Below are positions 48,247-56,088 of a stretch of 64,000 nt of DNA, in pieces; within the stretch, counting starts at the first letter, position 1, and each line of letters opens with the position of its first letter. The DNA is from Candidatus Omnitrophota bacterium. GTDB taxonomy: Bacteria; Omnitrophota; Gorgyraeia; B26-G9. The notes beneath the pieces are model-generated. The model had not been told where the DNA came from and did no database searches. It was given only the letters and a program-made list of their open reading frames with translations. Where the stretch lies: assembly GCA_043826565.1 (NCBI GenBank), contig JBDRPX010000004.1:10232-74231 (forward strand), read 5' to 3'. The position numbers and the translations under genes are program-made.

Positions 48247-49280
48247 AAAAAATTCTTATTGCCAATTTTGGGGGGATCAAAGATATTATGCTTTCTGCTC
48301 CGGCTTTGCAGGCGCTAAAAAAAGCTGATCCTGATTCCGTTCTGCATATGCTTATTTTCCCTGAGCCGTTAGAATATGCGATGATGCTTTCCTGTATAGA
48401 TAATATCACTGTTTTGCAGAGAGAGCTGGTTTGTTTGTCCTCTAATTTAAAACTGCTTTTTGAATTACGTAAAGAAAAGTTTGATATTATGATCAATATG
48501 CGTACGCTTTTTACTAAAAAAGAAGCGAGTTACATCCAGTGGATTATTAATGCGGTTAACCCTCAGTTAAAAGTCGGCAGAAATACTGATGGCCGCGGTA
48601 AATTTTTTGATATTAAGATTCCGGAAACATCGGTCGGAGAAAAGTATGAGATGGAATATAATAGTGATATCGTAAAAGCTTTGGGAGTCGAAGAGGTAGG
48701 ACGGGATATTGATTTCCCCATTGATGAAAAAAGCCAGGAATACGCGGATGATTTGCTCAAACGTGAAGGTATTGAAGAAAATATGTTTCTTATGGGGATT
48801 CATCCCGGAGGAGGAGTGTTACGGCGCTGGTCAATAGATAAATTATGCGAGGTTATAAGAGAACTTAATAAGAAATTCTCATTTCGTTATGTGATCACCG
48901 GAAGTAACGATGAAAAAGACCTGGGCGAATATATTGTTAAGGAAATAGAAGAGGGCCGGGTGATTGACCTTACCGGAAAACTGGGCATGCCTTCATTAGG
49001 CGCGGTAATTAAAAGATGTAATTTGTTTGTTTCTAATGATGCCGCTCCGTTACATATTGCCGCGGTATTTAAAACTCCTTTGATCGCTTTGTTTGGGTCT
49101 ACAGACCTAACGCGGTATGATCCGCGTAATATATGCGATAAAGCGGAAATTATTTATAATAAACAGGACTGCGCGCCTTGTAAAAAATCCAAATGTGAAG
49201 CAATAAAGTGCATGGATAGTATAACCATAGAGTCGGTAGTTCAGGCCTGTTTGAAATTTATTAATCCGGTGCAGCTTTAA
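48243..49280 (+). CDS. GT9-family glycosyltransferase, paralog of 45384..46433
   Basis: IHPGG..RRW, SNDAAPLHIAA; shares GRNTxGR..FF.IKIPET segment. Confidence 0.88.
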   Translation: MKKILIANFGGIKDIMLSAPALQALKKADPDSVLHMLIFPEPLEYAMMLSCIDNITVLQRELVCLSSNLKLLFELRKEKFDIMINMRTLFTKKEASYIQWIINAVNPQLKVGRNTDGRGKFFDIKIPETSVGEKYEMEYNSDIVKALGVEEVGRDIDFPIDEKSQEYADDLLKREGIEENMFLMGIHPGGGVLRRWSIDKLCEVIRELNKKFSFRYVITGSNDEKDLGEYIVKEIEEGRVIDLTGKLGMPSLGAVIKRCNLFVSNDAAPLHIAAVFKTPLIALFGSTDLTRYDPRNICDKAEIIYNKQDCAPCKKSKCEAIKCMDSITIESVVQACLKFINPVQL

Positions 49281-49317
49281 TCCCGGACCAGAATTTGATT
49301 AAGATAGGGGAAAGATA

Positions 49318-49878
49318 ATGAATATAAAAGGCGTGCATTTTAAATCAATGTTATCGGCGGTGAAGATACTTTTTGGAGAAGAGGGGTTTAAAAAGGCAGT
49401 AAGCGGTCTTACTGAAGAGGATAAAAAGATTGTCAATACCGAACGAATGGCGAGCGTAAGGTTGTTACCTTTAGATTCGGTAGTACGTTTTATGGAAATA
49501 GTTATCCGGGATTTAGCTGCTGGTGATGAAAGAATAGCTTTAAAAATGGGAAAAATAGTCGGAGACCTCGAACTTAACAGTATTTACCGGGTGTTTATAA
49601 CAACCATCGGTAATCCGGAATTTATTGTTAAGAAAACACCGATGATCTTTGAAGCTCTCCATGATTCGGGAAAGCTTACTTTTGAAAAATCCGAGGAAAA
49701 TAATTTTTTGATGACGGTTACGGGTTTTAGCAAAAATCAGCGGGTTTATGAATTTGGGATGATGGGCTGGATAAAATATTATTTTGAACTAAGCGGAGTA
49801 AAATCCGTTAAAGCGGAAATAATAAAATCTATTGGGGCCGGAGAAAAGGAAGCTCAGTATAAGTTCTCCTGGGACTGA
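49318..49878 (+). CDS. Hypothetical protein, possible HNOB/V4R-like ligand-binding fold
   Basis: MNIKG...FG start, GWI segment and terminal FSW; fold call is tentative. Confidence 0.55.
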   Translation: MNIKGVHFKSMLSAVKILFGEEGFKKAVSGLTEEDKKIVNTERMASVRLLPLDSVVRFMEIVIRDLAAGDERIALKMGKIVGDLELNSIYRVFITTIGNPEFIVKKTPMIFEALHDSGKLTFEKSEENNFLMTVTGFSKNQRVYEFGMMGWIKYYFELSGVKSVKAEIIKSIGAGEKEAQYKFSWD

Positions 49879-49880
49879 TT

Positions 49881-50687
49881 TTAGTATTGAATCAAACTGC
49901 CTTGCTGGCGTGCTTTTTTTAAAGCATAGCCAAAGGCAAAGAAGCTTAAAGGGGACAGGATAATCGAGAAGATCAAAAGGATCGCGCATTCTGAGGAGAG
50001 CTGGCTCAAAGTGTAGTTTTTATATACGGCTAGTTCAATTGCTCTGATCGCGTGAGTGATCGGTAAAAACTGGGCTATTGTCTGCAAAAACTTAGGCATT
50101 ACCGCGATTGGGAAAAATACTCCGCCTAATAACCCTTCCAGATTATTGATCACCCAGGCAATGGGATTACCGCGCTTGAAGACAATGATAAAACAAGCCG
50201 AGAGTATGCCTAAACTGCTGAAGCAGATGATCGTCAGTATTAAGATTATGATCGCCGAAAGGATATTTACATTCCCAAAATCTATATGGAATAAAAATAC
50301 ACCTAAGATAAAATATATACATATATTAAATGTGGCAAAGATGAGATTCCAGCAGGCCATACTGCCTAAGATAATGCCCACGCGGGTGGGAGTTAAAAGA
50401 AGGGTTTCCAAAGTGCCCATGGTCTGTTCCTGGCGGACCTGGTCGGCAAAAGAACCCATGCCCACTCCGATATAGCTGAAAAAGGCCATGCTTAAAAGTA
50501 CATAAGAAAAGTAATTCACCCCGAATTCCTGCAGATGTTTACTTATCCGGCCGCTGAAGAGTTTATCGATAAAAAAATAGGTAAGCAGAAGGACAAAGAC
50601 GCTGAATATATTCAGAAAAAAAGAAAGCTTATAACTGGTTTCAATGAGCAGGTCTTTTTTTATTAAGGCATATAATTTTCTAAACAT
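49881..50687 (-). CDS. ABC-2 type transporter permease
   Basis: Multi-TM; EQTMGTLE.LL.TP, GVFFP...MP..LQ..A..LP.T. Confidence 0.9.
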   Translation of the reverse strand: MFRKLYALIKKDLLIETSYKLSFFLNIFSVFVLLLTYFFIDKLFSGRISKHLQEFGVNYFSYVLLSMAFFSYIGVGMGSFADQVRQEQTMGTLETLLLTPTRVGIILGSMACWNLIFATFNICIYFILGVFLFHIDFGNVNILSAIIILILTIICFSSLGILSACFIIVFKRGNPIAWVINNLEGLLGGVFFPIAVMPKFLQTIAQFLPITHAIRAIELAVYKNYTLSQLSSECAILLIFSIILSPLSFFAFGYALKKARQQGSLIQY

Positions 50688-51462
50688 TTTTTGTTAGTTC
50701 CCTATATATATCGGTTAAACCGGCTTTGGGCATTTTAGTTTGCTTCCTTAGTTCTTCAATTGTTCCGTTTCCGCAGAGTTTTCCTTTGTGAAGGATGAAA
50801 AATAAATCACAAAGATCTTCAGCTTCTCCTATATTATGTGTAGCCATAAGAATTGTTTTTCCCTCGTCGGAAAGGTTCTTAATTGTAGTTTTTAAAGTCT
50901 CAGAAGAATTATAATCCAGGCTTTTCATGGGTTCATCTAAAAGCAAAAGGGACGGTTCGTGCAGAAGCGCTCTGATCAGGGAGAGTTTTCTTTTCATGCC
51001 CGTAGAATATGAATCAAAGCGCTGGTTTTGATAGTCAATGTTGAATAACTGAAGGAGCTCGGCTAGCCGTTTTTTTGTTTGAGCCTTATTTAAGCCGTAC
51101 AAAGCGGCGAAAAATTCCAGGTTTTGTAATCCGGAGAGTCTCCAGTAGAAACTGCGGTCGTCATTGGAAACCAGCCCGATATTTGATTTAACAGCGATGT
51201 CATTTGTTTTGACCGAATAATTGTTTACGATAACATTGCCTTCATCAGGAAACACAAGCGTGGAAATTATTTTAAGTAAAGTAGTTTTGCCTGCGCCGTT
51301 TTCTCCGAGTAAACAGGCGATTTTCCCTTGGGGTAAAGAAAAAGATACATTGCTTAATGCGGTTATCCGGGGCATTTCCCGCAATAGAAGCATATCAGTG
51401 ATTGAGGCAGGAGTTTGAAATTGCTTGGTTAAATTTTCTATGCTTAATATTGTATTATTCAT
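50680..51462 (-). CDS. ABC transporter ATP-binding protein
   Basis: GENGAGKTT, YSTGMKRK, LLLDEP, ATH. Confidence 0.92.
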   Translation of the reverse strand: MNNTILSIENLTKQFQTPASITDMLLLREMPRITALSNVSFSLPQGKIACLLGENGAGKTTLLKIISTLVFPDEGNVIVNNYSVKTNDIAVKSNIGLVSNDDRSFYWRLSGLQNLEFFAALYGLNKAQTKKRLAELLQLFNIDYQNQRFDSYSTGMKRKLSLIRALLHEPSLLLLDEPMKSLDYNSSETLKTTIKNLSDEGKTILMATHNIGEAEDLCDLFFILHKGKLCGNGTIEELRKQTKMPKAGLTDIYRELTKNV

Positions 51463-51469
51463 GTAGATA

Positions 51470-51498
51470 AGGTTAACAGATAAGCCTGTTTTCGTCAA
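51470..51498 (-). promoter_or_regulatory. Sigma70-type promoter, probably leaderless
   Basis: TTGACG-17 nt-TAACCT with extended TG; ATG only 7 nt downstream. Confidence 0.55.
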
Positions 51499-51500
51499 GG

Positions 51501-51626
51501 TACAAGACAGTCGCTAAGCGCTCAGCTACTGCGTTATTTTTTCGCTTACTTGTGCGACGTGCATTTTGCACGCCTCCGCGTTCGCTCAAAAAAGCCTTGT
51601 ATCTGAGCACTTTTCGACAGCTTGTA
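51501..51626. mobile_element. 126-bp palindromic MITE-like element
   Basis: Nested inverted repeats TACAAG..GTCG/CGAC..CTTGTA, GCTCAG.TAC/GTA.CTGAGC, CGTGCA/TGCACG. Confidence 0.65.
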
Positions 51627-51698
51627 TGATTCTTTATGGTTTTTGTTTAAGTTATCTGTGTCTTGGGTCTTGCGTCTTGAGTCTATTAATTTTTTCCC

Positions 51699-51728
51699 TT
51701 GTAAGTGTTTTTATGACTGTGATACAAT
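51699..51728 (+). promoter_or_regulatory. Possible sigma70 promoter for the SurA-like/maturase operon
   Basis: TTGTAA-18 nt-TACAAT with extended TG. Confidence 0.4.
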
Positions 51729-51801
51729 TAAATAAATAGGGGCGGGGCAAAAATACCGCAGATATTTCATGGAATGGATTATTAAAGACAAGGAGTGGGG
51801 T

Positions 51802-53193
51802 ATGACTATTTATCGCCAAAGTTTATTTTTAGCAGCAGTTGTTATTCTTTCCTTAGTTTTCCTCTGTTTACCTTCTTACGCGCAGGATCCCCAGACTAAA
51901 CCGCCGGAAATTGCCGGAGAGTTTTTCGGCATGCCGGTACCTTCAAGTAATTACTTTTTTGCCAAAAGGGTGATCATGTCTTATGGCGCTAAATGGCGCG
52001 GATCTCCGCAAACCCAGGCAGAACTAGAAGATATGGTTTGGCAGGAGCTTTTATTTTCATTTGAAGCATATCGCCGGGGCATAGAGGTAAGCCAGGAGGA
52101 AATTGGCGAGGAAATCGAAAAAATATTAAAAGCGCAAAAGGCAGAATTCAATTGGCGCTTGGATAAAGAGGAATTTGAAAAATGGGCAAAGGATACTTTG
52201 GGGGTTCCGGTAGATATGTTCATGAATCAAATAGAACATTTGGCTAAGATCGAAAAACTGCGTCAGGAAGTGATCGATAGTATTGAACCGGAAGTTACGG
52301 ATGAGGAAGCTTATCAGAAATTTTTAAATGAGTATAATACTCTTTTGGTGGAATTGATCCAGTTTGATGATCTGGAAAAAGCAAAAGATTTTTATGAAAA
52401 GTCCATTCTGCCGATCGCGGATAATGCTCCGGAGCAGCTTGTTTGGGATGACTTAATTCTATCCGATGAGGCTTCCAAACGGGGAATTAAAGCCGAAGAT
52501 GAAGAGGTGGACAAAGCGGTTTCGGCATTATTGCGGGCCAAAGAAGCCAGGTTTAAGTGGCAAGAAGATAATGAATCGTTTAAAAAATGGATTGAGGAAA
52601 CAACCGGAGAAACCGAAGAAGGGTTTCGTCAGCGTTTTAAAGCTTTTGTAAAGATCGGTAAGCTTATGAACAAGATATCCGCAAAGGAAGAGCCGGAAAT
52701 TAAAGATAAGAAATATAAAAAGTTTCTTAAAAATAATAAGACTTATGCGCAGGCATATGCGGAGTTTTTCGCGGCTTATAAGCCAACAGGCGATGTCCTT
52801 AATTTTGCTTCTTTTGAAGAAGCCTTAGCTTATTATCAGAAGATAGATAGACAGCCGGGGTTCTGGGAAGACCGCAAGAGAGAAAACCCGGATCTATTTA
52901 AACAGCCGGGATTTGTGGCCCTGGATTTTCTGCTGAATATGTGGGGTTTTAAAAAAGAAGACGCTTATAAGATGCTGGATGCGGAAATCGGGGCGTATTA
53001 TCCGCCGTCTCCTATATATAAGGGATATGGTGTGTTTAAGATCCTGAAAATCCGTAAGGCAAAGCCTGAGGAATATGAGGGCCGCAAAGATTATTATGTG
53101 GAAAGGGTAAAATCTATCAAAAAATATGATGGTTTTACCGCGTGGGTCAAAGAGCTTAAAGAACAGGCTGATATAAAAAGATTTATTCAGTAA
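51802..53193 (+). CDS. Secreted SurA N-terminal-like chaperone with internal duplication
   Basis: Signal peptide; twice VW.(E/D)L..S.EA..RGI....EE...I/V..(I/L)L.A..A.F.W..D.E.F.KW; C-terminal WVKELKEQADIK. Confidence 0.6.
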   Translation: MTIYRQSLFLAAVVILSLVFLCLPSYAQDPQTKPPEIAGEFFGMPVPSSNYFFAKRVIMSYGAKWRGSPQTQAELEDMVWQELLFSFEAYRRGIEVSQEEIGEEIEKILKAQKAEFNWRLDKEEFEKWAKDTLGVPVDMFMNQIEHLAKIEKLRQEVIDSIEPEVTDEEAYQKFLNEYNTLLVELIQFDDLEKAKDFYEKSILPIADNAPEQLVWDDLILSDEASKRGIKAEDEEVDKAVSALLRAKEARFKWQEDNESFKKWIEETTGETEEGFRQRFKAFVKIGKLMNKISAKEEPEIKDKKYKKFLKNNKTYAQAYAEFFAAYKPTGDVLNFASFEEALAYYQKIDRQPGFWEDRKRENPDLFKQPGFVALDFLLNMWGFKKEDAYKMLDAEIGAYYPPSPIYKGYGVFKILKIRKAKPEEYEGRKDYYVERVKSIKKYDGFTAWVKELKEQADIKRFIQ

Positions 53194-53308
53194 TAAGTGG
53201 TAAGAATTAAGGATTAAGAAGAAAACAAAAGGCAAAAAATAAAAGAAAAAAAATATAAATTAAAAAAATGTCACTTAATACTTACGACTTAATCCTTATG
53301 ACTTAATT
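53194..53308. repeat. Inverted 7-nt-periodic arm element (TAAG/CTTA)
   Basis: Left arm taagtgg-taagaat-taaggat-taagaag; right arm cttaata-cttacga-cttaatc-cttatga-cttaat. Confidence 0.8.
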
Positions 53309-53758
53309 ATGGAAGAAATCATTCTGAAGGCTAAAGTTGATCTTTTGTGCAAGCAGCTGCGGGAAACCGGGAGTATTCAGGTATCTGTGTCCGGCAATTC
53401 TATGTTTCCGTTTATGAAAAACGGAGATATGCTGCTGGTTGAGCCGATAAAAATAAAAGATGTTTTTCTCGGGGAAGTAGTAGTTGTCTATGCGCATAAT
53501 AATCTCTACTGCCACAGGGTTGCATTTAAAAATCCTAAATTTATTCAAACAAAAGCAGATGCCTTAGTACTCTGGGATGTTCCGGCAAATCAGGAAGACT
53601 TGATCGGAAAAGTTGTCGGCCGGGTCAAAAAAGGGAACATAATTCGTATTGATAATGGATGGCTGAGGATCGCGGGAATTTTAATATTAGGGTTTTCTTT
53701 TTTGGCCGCGCCCTTATATATCCCTTTACGGATGATAAAAAGGCTATTTAGAAAATGA
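53309..53758 (+). CDS. S24/S26 (signal peptidase I-like) peptidase
   Basis: VSGNSMFP (catalytic Ser), CHRV (His, SipW/ER type), TKAD, IGKV; C-terminal hydrophobic helix. Confidence 0.8.
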   Translation: MEEIILKAKVDLLCKQLRETGSIQVSVSGNSMFPFMKNGDMLLVEPIKIKDVFLGEVVVVYAHNNLYCHRVAFKNPKFIQTKADALVLWDVPANQEDLIGKVVGRVKKGNIIRIDNGWLRIAGILILGFSFLAAPLYIPLRMIKRLFRK

Positions 53759-54921
53759 GTACTTCTCTTACGGAAAAGCAGGCGATATTTGATTATTTTG
53801 TATTCACTCTTATCGCGAAACCTTCATTATTTGTCTTGGAAGATTATTCCGAGTTATTAAAATCAATGGACTGGCCTTATTTTTTAGAAAAGGTTTTTCG
53901 CGAGGGTATCTCCGGTTTGATCTTTTACCATGTGCTTAAAACTAAAAATTGCCATATATTTCCTGATGATGTCCGGGAGCAGTTAAGATATGATTATGAG
54001 AACAATCTGGGCCGGAATTTATTTTTAAGTCTTCGGACAATAGAATTCCTGGATTATCTGAATAAAGAAAATATCCGCGTATTGTTACTGCGCGGAGCGG
54101 ATTTTATCGACCGAATCTACCCGGATTACGGAATCCGGGCCATGGGAGATGTGGATATTATTATTGCTGAGGAAGATTTTAAGCGGGCTGAAAAAATATT
54201 CAATACTCTTGGGTATGAGAATTACAAAGGATACCGGTACTTGTTTTTAAAAGATGAGGTTTATATCGATGTTCATCTTGATCTTGCCGGTTATTGGCGA
54301 ATCCCATCACGTTTGCATACGATTAGCATTAAAAATGAAGATGTTTGGCGAGATGCCCAGCCCATAAATGATGTTCGCCCATTGATCCGGAAATTAGGGG
54401 TATATGACGCGATTCTTGCGGCTTGTGTTCATATGCAGGAACATTCGTTTAGCCGGTTGATATGGTTTGTCGATGTTTTGTTTTTGATAAAAAATGAAGG
54501 TGAGGATTTTAACTGGCCGCGGTTATGGGAAAGAGCCCGGCAGTGTAATCTGCATAAATCACTCATGTTTGCGCTTAGTTATTTGCAGGCCCGGGAGCTT
54601 ATAATTATTCCGGAAGATATGCTGCGGAATTTTAAGCAGGTGCCTTTAAATGGGTTTGAGTCAAGGTCCTTGCAGATACTTAGAATTAATAAGCGGGAAT
54701 ATATATCCGGAGAATTACTGTTCTTTTTTTCTCTGGGGACTTTAAAAGAAAAACTTAAATATATTAAAGAAGTACTGTTTATTAAAAAAGAGTTGTTTCC
54801 TTCGGTGCTCCCAAACGCCAATATCTGGAATTATATATGCCGGTTTTTTAGGATAGTATGGTACGGAGTGAGTAAATTATTCGCGGCATTTAAAAATGAA
54901 AACAAATTGATAAGCAGATAA
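53755..54921 (+). CDS. Nucleotidyltransferase family protein (NTP_transf_5-like)
   Basis: LLRG..F...YP....R.MGDVDI, IDVH, H...H, RLIWFVD. Confidence 0.85.
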   Translation: MSTSLTEKQAIFDYFVFTLIAKPSLFVLEDYSELLKSMDWPYFLEKVFREGISGLIFYHVLKTKNCHIFPDDVREQLRYDYENNLGRNLFLSLRTIEFLDYLNKENIRVLLLRGADFIDRIYPDYGIRAMGDVDIIIAEEDFKRAEKIFNTLGYENYKGYRYLFLKDEVYIDVHLDLAGYWRIPSRLHTISIKNEDVWRDAQPINDVRPLIRKLGVYDAILAACVHMQEHSFSRLIWFVDVLFLIKNEGEDFNWPRLWERARQCNLHKSLMFALSYLQARELIIIPEDMLRNFKQVPLNGFESRSLQILRINKREYISGELLFFFSLGTLKEKLKYIKEVLFIKKELFPSVLPNANIWNYICRFFRIVWYGVSKLFAAFKNENKLISR

Positions 54922-54925
54922 GATT

Positions 54926-55762
54926 ATGAGAGAAATATTATTAAACATCGGCGGGATAGCGGTATTAGTTGCTAATGGCAATGAAGAGTTTATTTCTTTG
55001 TTAAAGGATAAATATAAAGATTTTGTCATGGAGTGTTCCGGGCTCGAAAACATCCGGATTGAGATGAATAATAAACGGATTGAAAACGAAACTCCCCGGA
55101 TTACAATTGATAAAGATGAGCAGCAGTATTCGATTATCGGTGATGAGTTCTTGGGCAAGCTGAATATAGAAGATAAAAGATGTGTTGTTTATATGCGAAA
55201 CAATGAGAGTTTGTTTGATACTTTCTTGAGGGTGCTTTTTTCGGTATTACTTGTTTATCAGGAAGGATTTTTGGTGCATGCTTCGGGTATATCCCGGGAG
55301 GGAAAAGGATTTCTTTTTCCCGGAGCTTCCGAACATGGTAAGACAACTACCGCGCGCCGGTTTTGTGAATCGGTGATATTTAGTGATGAACTGGTAATTG
55401 TTAAAAAACAAGATGACGGATTTTACCTTTTCCCTTCGCCGTTTGCCGGAGAATTCGTTGGTAGTAATATGAATGAACCGGCACGATTAGAAAAAGTTTT
55501 TATACTTACCCGGGAACATATCGGCGTAACGGAAAAGGTTAAGGATTTTGAGAGTTTTCTTAGCCTGCTGGAACGTATATTTTTCTTTGCTTCTGACGCG
55601 GTCCTAAATCAGAAGCTTATTGATTTAGCTAAACAATTATGTACAAGAGTTGCTTGTTTTAAAATGAATATAATGGAAGAGAAAAACTTAGAGAGGATTT
55701 TTGATGAAATTTCAAAAGATGATGATCGAGCGCAATGCCCAGGCAGCCTGGCAGGAAATTGA
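54926..55762 (+). CDS. HprK-related P-loop kinase-like protein
   Basis: LVHASG, FPGASEHGKTT (Walker A), FSDE, SPF.GE. Confidence 0.8.
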   Translation: MREILLNIGGIAVLVANGNEEFISLLKDKYKDFVMECSGLENIRIEMNNKRIENETPRITIDKDEQQYSIIGDEFLGKLNIEDKRCVVYMRNNESLFDTFLRVLFSVLLVYQEGFLVHASGISREGKGFLFPGASEHGKTTTARRFCESVIFSDELVIVKKQDDGFYLFPSPFAGEFVGSNMNEPARLEKVFILTREHIGVTEKVKDFESFLSLLERIFFFASDAVLNQKLIDLAKQLCTRVACFKMNIMEEKNLERIFDEISKDDDRAQCPGSLAGN

Positions 55763-56021
55763 AGATAATGTTGTGGTTGTTACTCCGGCTAATAGTAAAG
55801 TTCATGTTTTATCCGGTATCGGCGGGCGAGTTTGGCAGCTGCTGGAAGAGGAAAAAACCGGACAACAGCTTAGCGAGATTATAATTGAGGAATTTGATGT
55901 GGGGATAGAGCAGGTCCAAGCGGATGTGGATGGTTTTTTGCAGGAGCTTTTGGAGAAAGAGATTATAAAAGTACAGAGGACAGAGGACAGAAAACAGAGG
56001 ACAGAAGAAACTACGTGCTAA
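55704..56021 (+). CDS. PqqD-family RiPP recognition element (RRE)
   Basis: LSGIGGRVWQLL....I.EEFDV..EQVQADVDGFLQELLEKEII; GAGAGG SD. Confidence 0.88.
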   Translation: MKFQKMMIERNAQAAWQEIEDNVVVVTPANSKVHVLSGIGGRVWQLLEEEKTGQQLSEIIIEEFDVGIEQVQADVDGFLQELLEKEIIKVQRTEDRKQRTEETTC

Positions 56022-56067
56022 AATTTTTTTCAGACTTCTGATCTCTGACATCGGATTTCTGACTTCT
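55974..56067. repeat. Inverted 7-nt-periodic arm element (CAGA/TCTG) overlapping the PqqD 3' end
   Basis: Left arm cagagga-cagagga-cagaaaa-cagagga-cagaaga; right arm cttctga-tctctga-catcgga-tttctga. Confidence 0.8.
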
Positions 56068-56088
56068 TGTTTTCCTTCGGAGAAGCGT

